Assembly: GCA_046045965.1 (NCBI GenBank)
Contig: JBJOKS010000020.1
Span: forward strand, 32,001 to 96,000
Origin: Cyanobacteriota bacterium
GTDB taxonomy: Bacteria; Cyanobacteriota; Cyanobacteriia; Cyanobacteriales; Nostocaceae
Direction of reading: 5' to 3'
DNA length: 64,000 bases
In this document: positions 51,874 through 62,080 of the stretch, in pieces
How the letters are laid out: each line of letters opens with the position of its first letter
Position numbering within the stretch: position 1 is the first letter of the stretch
Translations under genes and position numbers: made by a program
Notes under the pieces: generated by a model
What the model saw: the letters and a program-made list of their open reading frames with translations, nothing else
Told to the model about the DNA's origin: nothing
Databases searched by the model: none

Positions 51874-52563
51874 TTAACTCAATAATAATTCATCACGGTT
51901 GTAAACAACGGTGTAACCTTTCTTTTTCGCCAATTCAACTAAATTTAAACCATCAGTTCTTTGACTTTTTTCAGCAGTAGTGTGTCTTCCGGCTATTCCT
52001 TTGGGAAGATACCACATTTCCCCACCACCTAAAATCACATCTGCACCAGATTCTACTATTTGTTTGGTGATATCTGCAAAATTACGACGACTGGGAGATT
52101 TTGCTAAAAATGCCGCTGTTCCCGGTTCATGAATCATGCCAGAATTAATAATAGCGGTAGCTTTACCCGCACTCATGGCTTCTTCCATAATTGTCTGCGG
52201 TTTCCCAGAAAGTACCACTATTGGTTTACCGTTTTCATCCAAACCGAAAGAGTCAGCATTTACCTTTACTCCGGTAGCATGAGTTACTGCACCACCATTG
52301 GAAGTTGCGGAGAGTTGGTTTTTCATGTGTCCCAGGTAAACAGCCAAATTTGACATTTTATCCCAGTTTAATCTGCCATCTGCACCTTGAAAAAGTATTC
52401 TGGTAGCACCCCAATGAGCCGCACTTGTACCATCTGGATGTATAAAGATAACATTACCTTGGATAGAGGTATTATTGGCTAAGAGATGTGGTGTACAACT
52501 CAGGACAGATATCAAAGCCAAAAGTAAGAAACCGATAACTTTTGTATTCAGTCTTCGTAACAT
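51874..52563 (-). pseudogene. Truncated alkaline phosphatase (PhoA-like N-terminal half)
   Basis: NVIFIHPDG, ATGVK, DVILGGG, RTDGLNL; stops at 229 aa, before the C-terminal metal ligands. Confidence 0.75.
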
Positions 52564-52679
52564 TGCTTTACATTTAAAGTATTAGTACAATCAAAAAGCT
52601 TGTTTCACAATTCATACTCTAATGGGTGATGATCAAGAAATCGTCATCACAAGCAAAATTCTATAGCAGCAAAATCACT

Positions 52680-54116
52680 ATGCAGACAATTGATAAAAAG
52701 TCAACTAAAAAAACTTGGGCAAAAGCCATATCCCAACCAGCAACCGAATTTCCTCCCACGCAATTACCAATTATTGCTGGTAAAATTCCCGATGGGTTAC
52801 GAGGTACACTTTACCGCAATGGACCAGGAAGACTAGAACGGGGTGGTGTGTCAGTAGGACATTGGTTTGATGGAGATGGAGCTATTTTAGCTGTCCATTT
52901 TACCGATGCAGGTGCTACCGGGGTTTATCGTTATGTGCAGACTGCTGGTTATAAACAAGAGGAAGCAGCAGGAAAATTACTGTATGGCAATTATGGCATG
53001 ACTGCACCGGGAATAATTTGGAATCAGTGGATAAAACCAGTAAAAAATGCTGCTAATACATCGGTTTTGGCACTTCCCGATAAACTTTTAGCTTTGTGGG
53101 AAGGTGGAAAACCTCATGCTTTAGATTTACAAAGTTTAGAAACTTGGGGTGAAGATGATTTAAGTGGTTTAACTAATGGTTTAAGTTATTCTGCACACTA
53201 TAAACAAGATGCTATCACAGGAGAGATTTTTAATTTTGGTGTTACTCCGGGATTAAATGGCACATTGAATGTTTATAAAAGTGACTATTCAGGCAAAATT
53301 ATCCAAAGAGTTGCCTATCCTCTGAATGGAGTACCATTAATTCATGATTTTGTTTTAGCAGGAGAGTATTTAATATTTTTTATTAACCCTGTTCGTCTTA
53401 ATTTAGTTCCGGTGTTATTAGGTTTGAGTAATTATAGCGATTGTTTAGAGTGGCAACCCTATTTAGGTACTAAAATTATGGTATTTGATCGGGAAACATT
53501 ATCTTTAGTGAGTCAAGGAGAAACTGAACCTTGGTTTAATTGGCACTTTACTAATGGTTATGTTGATGATAGTGGTACTGTAATTGTTGATTTTGCTAAA
53601 TATGCAGATTTTCAAACTAATGAATATTTGCGCCAAGTAGCAACTGGAGAAACTCAAACAGTTGCTAAAACCATCTTGACGCGGGTACAAATTAATCCGC
53701 AAACTGGCAAAGTAATAGAAATTGAAACTTTGTTAAATAGAACTTGTGAATTTCCCTCTGTTCCTGCCAAAAATGTCGGTAAATTCTCTCGTTATAGCTA
53801 TATGTCTATTTTTCGGGCAGGAACGGATATTGAGGGAGAAATTTTAAATTGTATTGCTGGTTTTGATCATCAAACTGGAACGTTGACAGAAGCAAACTTA
53901 GAAGAAAATCTTTATCCTTCTGAACCTCTTCATGTTCAAGATACTCAAAACTCTGACCAAGGTTGGGTGTTGACAGTGGTTTATGATGGTAATACGGATA
54001 GTAGCGAAGTTTGGATATTTGATAGCCAACGCTTGAACGAAGAACCAGTTTGTAAACTCAGACTACCCAATGTTATTCCCCATAGTTTCCACGGGACTTG
54101 GAAAACTAGGGAATAG
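52680..54116 (+). CDS. Carotenoid cleavage oxygenase (RPE65 family)
   Basis: LYRNGP, HWFDGDG, SAH, IHDF, EFP, SEP, FHG.W. Confidence 0.92.
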   Translation: MQTIDKKSTKKTWAKAISQPATEFPPTQLPIIAGKIPDGLRGTLYRNGPGRLERGGVSVGHWFDGDGAILAVHFTDAGATGVYRYVQTAGYKQEEAAGKLLYGNYGMTAPGIIWNQWIKPVKNAANTSVLALPDKLLALWEGGKPHALDLQSLETWGEDDLSGLTNGLSYSAHYKQDAITGEIFNFGVTPGLNGTLNVYKSDYSGKIIQRVAYPLNGVPLIHDFVLAGEYLIFFINPVRLNLVPVLLGLSNYSDCLEWQPYLGTKIMVFDRETLSLVSQGETEPWFNWHFTNGYVDDSGTVIVDFAKYADFQTNEYLRQVATGETQTVAKTILTRVQINPQTGKVIEIETLLNRTCEFPSVPAKNVGKFSRYSYMSIFRAGTDIEGEILNCIAGFDHQTGTLTEANLEENLYPSEPLHVQDTQNSDQGWVLTVVYDGNTDSSEVWIFDSQRLNEEPVCKLRLPNVIPHSFHGTWKTRE

Positions 54117-54130
54117 AGAATATTTTTCTT

Positions 54131-54171
<41 letters not shown>

Positions 54172-54223
54172 TGAACTCATAAAATGATTTAGGATTCTTA
54201 ATATATCTTTATACAATGATTCG

Positions 54224-55066
54224 ATGTTAACACTACAACATCCCCAGAAAACAAAACCAGGGTGGTCTTTGGACGAACGAGATCCAAAGTTCATGGAAAG
54301 TCTCATGCCTGTATTGGGCATTTTATACAACTACTATTTTCGAGTCCAAACCAGTGGCTGGGAAAATATCCCAGAGGGAAAAGTCCTTGTTGTTGCTTCC
54401 CACAATGGCGGTTTGGCATCCCCGGATACATCTATGATGATGTACGACTGGTTACGTCGGTTTGGTACGCAAAGACCAATTTACGGTTTGATGCACCCGA
54501 AAGTTTGGGAAGTTTTTCCCCCAGCAGCAGAAATGGCCATGAAAGGTGGCGCTGTTATGGCTCATCCGAAAATGGCTTATGCGGCTTTTCGTGCGGGTGC
54601 TAGTGTGTTGGTTTATCCTGGAGGTGCGGAGGATGTGTTTCGACCTCATCAAATGCGGGATAAAATCTATTTTGCTGAACGTCGGGGTTTTATTAAGTTA
54701 GCACTGCGGGAAAATGTCCCTATTGTTCCGGCTATTTCCTGGGGGGCGCATGATACCCTGATTGTATTGGCTGATTTATATAAAATTATGCAGCAATTGC
54801 ACCAGTGGGGGATGCCTTGGCTGTTTGATGTTGATCCTTTGGTGTTTCCTGTTTATTTGGGTTTACCTTGGGGTTTAGCGGTTGGACCATTGCCGAATAT
54901 TCCTTTGCCAGCGCGTATTTATACCAGAGTTTGTCCACCTATTGTTTTTGAACGCTATGGAAGAGAAGCCGCCAGCGATCGCAATTATGTTAATCAATGT
55001 TATGAATTAGTGAAAAGCCAGATGCAGCAAGAGTTAGATAACTTGATCAAAGTAGCTAATAAATAA
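54224..55066 (+). CDS. Lysophospholipid/glycerol acyltransferase family protein
   Basis: SHNGG...D, VYPGG, RGFIKLAL..NVPIVP. Confidence 0.85.
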   Translation: MLTLQHPQKTKPGWSLDERDPKFMESLMPVLGILYNYYFRVQTSGWENIPEGKVLVVASHNGGLASPDTSMMMYDWLRRFGTQRPIYGLMHPKVWEVFPPAAEMAMKGGAVMAHPKMAYAAFRAGASVLVYPGGAEDVFRPHQMRDKIYFAERRGFIKLALRENVPIVPAISWGAHDTLIVLADLYKIMQQLHQWGMPWLFDVDPLVFPVYLGLPWGLAVGPLPNIPLPARIYTRVCPPIVFERYGREAASDRNYVNQCYELVKSQMQQELDNLIKVANK

Positions 55067-55125
55067 GGAGTCAGGAGTCAGAAGGAACCTGTTCCCTGTT
55101 CCCTGTTCCCTGTTCCCTGTTCCCT

Positions 55126-55734
55126 TCAACCAATTGGAAAATTACCAGGGTTGACTGCATGAATAAATTCACTACCTGAATGTGGTCTTCCGCGTTTATA
55201 AGCAGCTTCTTCTGGTTTTCCCCAACCCATCTGCAAAATTAATTCTAAAAAGTTCGAGTTTTCCCACTTTAAAAAACTTGCCCATTCTGTTCTTTGGGCA
55301 ATTCTTTCTACATCTAAAGTATTGATTTTTTCGTGGAGTTTGCCATTACTCACACTCAAATATAAATCCATTTCCGCTGTAATTTGATCCCAAAATTCCA
55401 GCATAGATTTTTTTGCAGATTTCAATATTTCCAAATCAGAGTTTAACGCTATTAACTGCGCGTCAACTTCTGGATAATGCAAAGTTTTACCTTTCACCGT
55501 CAAATCTTTCCAAAGAATACCAGAAACTTGATTTTCCCGTTGATATTCATGAATAGAAGCTTTAAAATCTTGATAGGCAGTAAATTTTTGTAGTCCTTCA
55601 GTTGTGATAAACTGATCTATAACAGGATTGCCAGAGACTTTCACCTCTAACTTTAGGCGTTCTCCTTTCAAGCAAGCTAGACGTTCTGCTGCTAAAATTT
55701 CGATGAGTTCCTGGGTAGTATAAACTTTGTACAT
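55126..55734 (-). CDS. Conserved hypothetical protein
   Basis: 202-aa ORF filling the gap; no motif recognised. Confidence 0.7.
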   Translation of the reverse strand: MYKVYTTQELIEILAAERLACLKGERLKLEVKVSGNPVIDQFITTEGLQKFTAYQDFKASIHEYQRENQVSGILWKDLTVKGKTLHYPEVDAQLIALNSDLEILKSAKKSMLEFWDQITAEMDLYLSVSNGKLHEKINTLDVERIAQRTEWASFLKWENSNFLELILQMGWGKPEEAAYKRGRPHSGSEFIHAVNPGNFPIG

Positions 55735-56004
55735 CGCGGAACAACCTAATTATTGATTAGTTAGTGGTCATTAGTCATTAATCATTCATCATCTGTAATT
55801 TAAATATTATCTCCTGACAGCAACAGAAATGCCGTATCAGAACAAACGAAAAATTCATAACTTTATCTGCGTTTATCTGCGTTTGATCATTATTAAAACC
55901 TAAACCTAGAACTTAATATACTTAAAAAAGTAGGGTGGGCATTGCCCACCATCACTTAATCAAAAAATTACTAAATGCTTACAGATTCATTGACACATAA
56001 ACCT

Positions 56005-56598
56005 CTACTGACTTAACTCACTGCTATATTCATTAAATGAACGCTGCTTAAACTCAATTGACTGATCACGAGGTAACAAATTAAACACTTCTCTAAATTT
56101 GTTGTCTATCTCTTCAAAAGGTACTTGACCTTTTTTATTCAAGATTACATTACCCGACTGATCAAAAAGAACAACTTGCGGTACAACTCCTGAATAGTAG
56201 TATCCTGGTTCTGTGGGGTCATAGCTTTCCTTGGTGGGGATAGTATCCACATTGATAGGGATAATTTCCGCAGCCCGTCCATAGAATGCTTGTGTTTGAG
56301 AAATAAAGACCGCATACTGTTTACAATCGCTGCTATCATCAACATAAAAAGCCAGCATTGCGGGTTTATGTTCTGCTAAAGTTTGCGCTAGAGTTAGTTT
56401 GGAAGGAACTAGGGAACCATTCCCAGCAAAAACCACGAAAATATTACCTTCGTATCTGTCATCCTTCATACCTGCAAAAGCTGGCTGTATACCTATAATA
56501 AACAGGCAAAGCAGCAATAATAGGCATTTTGTCACCAACTGTCGCCAGTTAGCAATTATTTTAGTTTGTAAAAAAAGCCACTTTATGCTATTCATCAA
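56005..56598 (-). CDS. Thioredoxin-like thylakoid protein (PSI accumulation factor-like)
   Basis: Signal-like segment, YEGNIF..FAGNGSLVP, FYVDDSSDCK, VPQVV. Confidence 0.7.
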   Translation of the reverse strand: MMNSIKWLFLQTKIIANWRQLVTKCLLLLLCLFIIGIQPAFAGMKDDRYEGNIFVVFAGNGSLVPSKLTLAQTLAEHKPAMLAFYVDDSSDCKQYAVFISQTQAFYGRAAEIIPINVDTIPTKESYDPTEPGYYYSGVVPQVVLFDQSGNVILNKKGQVPFEEIDNKFREVFNLLPRDQSIEFKQRSFNEYSSELSQ

Positions 56599-56784
56599 CA
56601 GAAACCTTATTCAACACTTTGCCTAGATATATAATTACATCTAGCTGCTATTTTTTAACCATGACTTTTAGTGGTCTTATCACTCATAGCAATTTAAAAT
56701 TTTTAATGTCTGGTATTTTTTGCCAAGATTCGCTACACTGGCAAGATTAATTTTGTAATTAAAGACTATTACTTAACAACTGCT

Positions 56785-58122
56785 GTGGGAAAGAAAATAC
56801 AACTTATAGATAGGGTTCGACTGGGTTTAGCAGTATCAATTGCTAAAAGTGTCACATTTTTGGTACGTTCTCTGGGTCTTGGTGCTGCTAGTGTATTACC
56901 AGGTTCTATTGCACGACGCATTGAACCGCGACTTTTACAGTTATTGAGTCAGCAGGTAAAAAACGGTGTAATTTTGATTGCGGGTACGAATGGGAAAACC
57001 ACAACCGCGTTGTTATTATGTACAATTTTAGAACGTACAGGTTACAAAATTGCCCATAATTCGACTGGTGCAAATTTAGAAAATGGTTTAGCGACTGCTT
57101 TAATTGAAAATACCAGTTTATTAGGTTCTTTAGATGTTGACTATGCAATTTTAGAAGTTGATGAAAATATCGTTCCCAAGATTTTAAAACCTCTGCAACC
57201 AAGAATTATTCTCTGTTTAAATTTATTCCGGGATCAACTTGATAGATATGGGGAAGTTGATACTATTAGCAAAAAATGGACAAAGGTTATTTCGACTTTA
57301 CCAGAGGAAACGGTAGTTATTCCCAATGCTGATGATCCGACTTTATCATATTTGGGTCAACAGTTAAATCAAAAGGTGTTGTTTTTTGGTTTAAATGAAC
57401 CAGAACATTATTTAGAAGCAATTCCTCATGCAGTAGATTCTATTTATTGTCCCAGATGTGGACATTCTTTAGATTATCAAGGTGTTTATCTTTCTCATTT
57501 AGGAGATTTTACCTGTCCTAGTTGCGGTTTTAGTAAGAGTAAACCAAGTTTAGAAAGTAGTGAATGGTCACAAATTCTCGTTGGTTTATATAATAAATAT
57601 AATACTTTAGCTGCTGCTACTGCTGCGAAAGAATTGGGAGTTGATGAAACCACAATTAGAGAAAGTATTAACAATTTTCAAGCAGCTTTTGGACGTGCGG
57701 AAGATTTGGTAATTGATGGTAAAAAAGTGAGAATTTTGTTATCTAAAAATCCTGTAGGAACGAATGAAACTATTAGAGTAGTTACACAAAGTACGGATAA
57801 AACTACCTTGTTGGTTTTAAACGATCGCACACCTGACGGAACAGATGTATCTTGGATCTGGGATGTTGATACAGAAAAATTAGTTGAAAGAGGTGGAACA
57901 TTGGTTGTAAGTGGCGATCGCGTGTATGATATGGCGTTAAGATTGCGTTATAGCGAAAAATCTATTGACAGTAAAATTAACTTAATTGTCGAAGAAGATT
58001 TAAAGAAAGCTATTAACACAGCATTAGAACATACACCAGCAAATGAAACTTTACACATTCTTCCTACCTATTCAGCAATGTTAGAAGTGCGCGAGGTTTT
58101 AACGGGGAGGAAAATACTATAA
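56785..58122 (+). CDS. murT: MurT-like Mur ligase with DUF1727 domain
   Basis: GTNGKTTT, GAN, EVDE, NLFRDQLDRYGE, C..C/C..C zinc site, KNP, DVSWIWD. Confidence 0.88.
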   Translation: MGKKIQLIDRVRLGLAVSIAKSVTFLVRSLGLGAASVLPGSIARRIEPRLLQLLSQQVKNGVILIAGTNGKTTTALLLCTILERTGYKIAHNSTGANLENGLATALIENTSLLGSLDVDYAILEVDENIVPKILKPLQPRIILCLNLFRDQLDRYGEVDTISKKWTKVISTLPEETVVIPNADDPTLSYLGQQLNQKVLFFGLNEPEHYLEAIPHAVDSIYCPRCGHSLDYQGVYLSHLGDFTCPSCGFSKSKPSLESSEWSQILVGLYNKYNTLAAATAAKELGVDETTIRESINNFQAAFGRAEDLVIDGKKVRILLSKNPVGTNETIRVVTQSTDKTTLLVLNDRTPDGTDVSWIWDVDTEKLVERGGTLVVSGDRVYDMALRLRYSEKSIDSKINLIVEEDLKKAINTALEHTPANETLHILPTYSAMLEVREVLTGRKIL

Positions 58123-58123
58123 A

Positions 58124-58157
<34 letters not shown>

Positions 58158-58171
58158 AATTAGAGATAAAA

Positions 58172-58206
58172 TAGATCCCCTATTTCACCAAGAAGTCGGG
58201 GATCTA
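58172..58206. repeat. AGATCCCC...GGGGATCT palindrome (dispersed repeat or bidirectional terminator)
   Basis: Inverted repeat between convergent genes. Confidence 0.6.
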
Positions 58207-58213
58207 AATAAAC

Positions 58214-58996
58214 TCAGACTAAATAACTGGTATTAGGAACAATTTGAAAAAACGCATATTCATACCAAGCAGTCCAAATAAAACTTCTAACCCAACGTTG
58301 ATATTTTTCAGGAGATAATTCATAATTAAATTCTCCTTCTGATATATCAATAGATGATAAATGAGAATTACAACCGCAACCGTGATGATAGGTAAAACCG
58401 TATTTTGAAGCAATACTTTGTACCTTCATCTGCACTGCAAAAACTTTACCACTATGTAAAATTGCATCCCAAGAACGTTTATGTTCAATATCTCTTTGAT
58501 CAAATCTTAAAGCACGTTCCTCAAATACATGATCTCGGTAAATTGGTGCTAAATGGACATGATAAAAACTTGCAGGTAAATCATATCCAAACTCGTTAAA
58601 AAGGTCAATTCCAATTAAAGCAACCTTAACTTCATTAGATAAACCTTGAGATTTTAAATCTGCTAAAATTTGCTGAAAATCTGGATATTGATCCTTTAAA
58701 AAATCATTTCCGTAAAATTCTAATGTTTCATAAGCTAACTTTCCAAACAACTGAGAAAACACAGATTTAAAATTAGCTAATTCTGGACGTTCAGCAAATA
58801 AATCTACATCACCTTTTGCTAATTTATATTGAAATAGCTGTGCCATTTTTACATAAACATCGGGATTTTTAAAACCTACATTTGCTTTTCCAGCAGCGAT
58901 ATTTTGCCAAATATAAGGTAGTTGAGAAACGGAAACCGCATTTTCACCAGCAATTACAGTTAAATTGGGATTTTCATCAATTATGTTCGTGGTCAT
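58214..58996 (-). CDS. Hypothetical protein with HHGCGCNSH motif
   Basis: About 260-aa ORF; probable start MTTNII after AAGG. Confidence 0.7.
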   Translation of the reverse strand: MTTNIIDENPNLTVIAGENAVSVSQLPYIWQNIAAGKANVGFKNPDVYVKMAQLFQYKLAKGDVDLFAERPELANFKSVFSQLFGKLAYETLEFYGNDFLKDQYPDFQQILADLKSQGLSNEVKVALIGIDLFNEFGYDLPASFYHVHLAPIYRDHVFEERALRFDQRDIEHKRSWDAILHSGKVFAVQMKVQSIASKYGFTYHHGCGCNSHLSSIDISEGEFNYELSPEKYQRWVRSFIWTAWYEYAFFQIVPNTSYLV

Positions 58997-59189
58997 GGAT
59001 GATTTACCTTTGAGAAGAATTATCAAGATAATTTGTGATTATGGTGACAAAATGCTCAAAAAACTGTTACCCAAAATACCAAATAAACCAAAATAGTAAT
59101 TATGACAGGGTGTCAAACAGAAATTAGAATATTGAAAACATCAAAAAATGAGTTAATATAAAACGCAAAATAAACATAACCGTGAAAAG

Positions 59190-59993
59190 ATGGAAATAAT
59201 AATTGGTTGGTTATATCCCAAATTAATGAGTACCTACGGAGACAGAGGAAACGTCATCACCATAGAAAGACGCGCACAATGGCGGGGATATGATGTTAAA
59301 GTAATACCATTAGATCAAAACTCCACCGCAGATGATATAAAATCAGTAGATGTAATTGTCGGTGGAGGAGCGCAAGACCGTCAGCAAGAAATAGTCATGC
59401 GAGACTTACAAGGAGCAAAAGCTGACGCAATGCGAGATAAAATTGAAAGTGGTACACCAGGAGTTTTTACCTGTGGTTCACCTCAACTTTTAGGACATTA
59501 TTACGAACCAGGTTTTGGACAAAGAATAGAAGGTTTAGGAATATTAGACTTAGTTTCCATTCATCCTGGGGAAAATACAAAACGTTGTATTGGTAACTTA
59601 GTCATAGAAGTTACAGCTTCACGTTTAGCACAAGAATTAGAAACAATGATAGGGACAAAACCTTACTTAGTTGGGTTTGAAAACCACGGTGGAAGAACAA
59701 AATTAGGAAAAGTAGAAGCTTTAGGAAAAGTAGTTTATGGTTTAGGTAATAATGGTGAAGATGGTACAGAAGGTGCATTTTATCAAAATGCGATCGCAAC
59801 CTATTCACATGGTCCATTGTTACCAAAAAATCCCTTTGTTGCAGATTGGTTAATTCAAACAGCATTAAAGTTGAAATATCAACAAGAAATTAAACTAACA
59901 CCCTTAGATGATACCTTGGAAATGCAAGGAAGAGAAGCAATGTTTAAACGGTTGAAGGTAAATTTACCAAGTGTTGCTGGGGTTAAAGTTTAA
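59190..59993 (+). CDS. gatD: GatD/CobQ-like type 1 glutamine amidotransferase
   Basis: LYP..MSTYGDRGN, GGAQD, TCGSPQLLG, GFENHGG, TYSHGPLLPKNP. Confidence 0.88.
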   Translation: MEIIIGWLYPKLMSTYGDRGNVITIERRAQWRGYDVKVIPLDQNSTADDIKSVDVIVGGGAQDRQQEIVMRDLQGAKADAMRDKIESGTPGVFTCGSPQLLGHYYEPGFGQRIEGLGILDLVSIHPGENTKRCIGNLVIEVTASRLAQELETMIGTKPYLVGFENHGGRTKLGKVEALGKVVYGLGNNGEDGTEGAFYQNAIATYSHGPLLPKNPFVADWLIQTALKLKYQQEIKLTPLDDTLEMQGREAMFKRLKVNLPSVAGVKV

Positions 59994-60007
59994 CTAATAG
60001 TATAGTA

Positions 60008-60727
60008 TTAATTATTCTGACTTTGATTTTGCAACAAAGGACGCACAACCAAATACCCAGCACTAAACCCACCAATCATAATAAACACAATAGTAAAAAA
60101 CAACCACCAACCATTCAACCCCCTAGACTCAGACTCCAGGGGTAGATAATAATGTACTTCCTGTTCCTCTATATACATTGGTTCTGATACCGGAAAATTC
60201 ATATCTATCACAGGTACAGAAATAACCTCACGACGGACTTTTTTCGGTGGTTTAGGAGTTGGTTGACGTGGTGGTGGTGATGTTTTTACCGTCTTCTTTT
60301 TAGGAATTTGACCTTCAGTGTTTTTACGAGCTTTTGGTTTAGGGTTAGGCGTATTTTTTACATTTGGATTAGCTCTAGGTATCGTTTGATTACTTGGTGT
60401 ATTGCTTGGTGTATTGTTTACATAAGCATGATTTTGAGGAACAGTTGGAGAACTTGGAGAACTTGGTGTATTTTGAGAACTTGATGGAGAAGAGTCTACT
60501 AACTTTTGCAGTTCTAAACAAGACTGAACAACTTTGTTAATTTCTTGACGCAGGTGCTGATTTTCCTGAGACAATTTCTGATTATGGTTGGTAACTACAT
60601 CTAACTTAGCTTGTAAAGCTTGTAACTCTGCAACTAATTCTCGATAGACATAAACAGGTACAGACGGGGAATATTTGGGAGTGGGTGGTTTACTGTGAAC
60701 ATTCTGTGTAGTTGATCTCATCTGCAT
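60008..60727 (-). CDS. Coiled-coil, Pro-rich protein with a C-terminal TM anchor
   Basis: SVPVYVYREL coiled coil, low-complexity linker, terminal hydrophobic helix. Confidence 0.75.
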   Translation of the reverse strand: MQMRSTTQNVHSKPPTPKYSPSVPVYVYRELVAELQALQAKLDVVTNHNQKLSQENQHLRQEINKVVQSCLELQKLVDSSPSSSQNTPSSPSSPTVPQNHAYVNNTPSNTPSNQTIPRANPNVKNTPNPKPKARKNTEGQIPKKKTVKTSPPPRQPTPKPPKKVRREVISVPVIDMNFPVSEPMYIEEQEVHYYLPLESESRGLNGWWLFFTIVFIMIGGFSAGYLVVRPLLQNQSQNN

Positions 60728-60940
60728 ATTGGTATAAAAATTAGGTTTTTAGATTAGCAAAATATACTATCACAGTAAAGTGATCCCGGAGATTAGCCTC
60801 TAGAATAATATAAAAGTTACCTAATCGGACACATACACACAAAAAATAGCAATTAAACGGATTTAGGGGTTAGAGTGTGGAAACCCCCATAATTAAATCA
60901 TAGTTTTATATTTGATTTTTTCTGATTACACGGTTTTCAA

Positions 60941-61250
60941 CTATGGTAAGCGTTCTTTAAAATAAAGACGATATAAATTACAAAGACACTGAACTTTATT
61001 TCCTTGAAATTCAATTAACCCTAAACTCCGTAATTTAAAAGCTTGTGCAGAATCTATTTTAATAGGAACATTACTCTTAATTACTTGTTGCATTGCTGTT
61101 TTTCACAAGCTATCATTTTCTAGTTGTTGTAAAATATCAGTCAAAAAACTTCTGTAAGGACTTTCATCAGTGGGAGCAATATTGATAAACTGTTCTAAGG
61201 TGAAATTATCCTGAGTAATTTTATCAAGATCAGTAATTAATAAATTTAGA
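60941..61250 (-). pseudogene. C-terminal remnant of an AAA_35-like protein
   Basis: Hand translation TLEQFINIAPTDESPY...L*KTAMQQVI...AFKLRSLGLI..QGN.V..LCNLYRLYFKERL*, with an in-frame stop. Confidence 0.65.
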
Positions 61251-61348
61251 TGCTTGTGCTTTAATTGCTTCTTTCAGAAATCAGCTATAATTGAATTGGC
61301 ATAAAAAATACCTCCCTAATTTTTAACATTATTGCCAAATAGTGCCTT

Positions 61349-61642
61349 ATGAATCAACCTATCTCTACAATTAATACACGACTTCTTGACTCTCTCGCTC
61401 AAATTATCCTTTCACTTTCTCAAGAAGAATATCAAATTCTAGTAGAAAAAATCCAACGTTCTCGATTATCTGAACATCAAAACCAACAAAGTATTGAATC
61501 TTTAAAAGAGGATATATCAGCAGGTATTCAACAAATCCAAAACGGTGAATACACAGAATATGATGAAAATAATTTATCTACTCTCATAACTTCAATTAAA
61601 GCACGCGGTCGCGAACGGTTACAAGGAGAAATATCTGAATGA
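61349..61642 (+). CDS. ParD-like antitoxin (atypical N-terminus)
   Basis: C-terminal LKEDI.AGIQQI.NGE...IKARGR pattern; ATGA overlap with the toxin. Confidence 0.7.
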   Translation: MNQPISTINTRLLDSLAQIILSLSQEEYQILVEKIQRSRLSEHQNQQSIESLKEDISAGIQQIQNGEYTEYDENNLSTLITSIKARGRERLQGEISE

Positions 61643-61941
61643 ATCGCTTTCGGATTGCCAAACTAGCAGAAAAAGATTTAGAAGATATTTGGATTTATCT
61701 CGCTCAACAAAGTGAAATATTAGCAGACCAAAAAATCGCACAAATTCTTGATAAATTTCCGATGTTAGCTCAATTTCCTAATATGGGAAGAAAAAGGGAC
61801 GAACTACAAACAGGACTGCGTAGCTTTCCTGTCAAGCCATATATTATATTTTATATTCAAGATTACGAAATTTTAGAAATTGTCAGGATTTTTCATCAAT
61901 CTAGAGACATAGAAAATCAATTTTTAACCGATGAGATGTAA
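61639..61941 (+). CDS. parE: ParE/RelE-family toxin
   Basis: A..DLEDIW.Y, FPNMGR.RDEL..GLRSF, YIIFY, IVRIFHQSRD. Confidence 0.88.
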   Translation: MNRFRIAKLAEKDLEDIWIYLAQQSEILADQKIAQILDKFPMLAQFPNMGRKRDELQTGLRSFPVKPYIIFYIQDYEILEIVRIFHQSRDIENQFLTDEM

Positions 61942-62080
61942 GATATATAGGAATCCTATTTTATTTTTCAACTATACATAGGGTTTCAGTTATCCAATCT
62001 ACTGACTTTATCAAACTTTTGATTGTTGACTTGTACTTGAACCTTATTATTGTATGGAAAAACTCTTTGTAAAAAATCTT

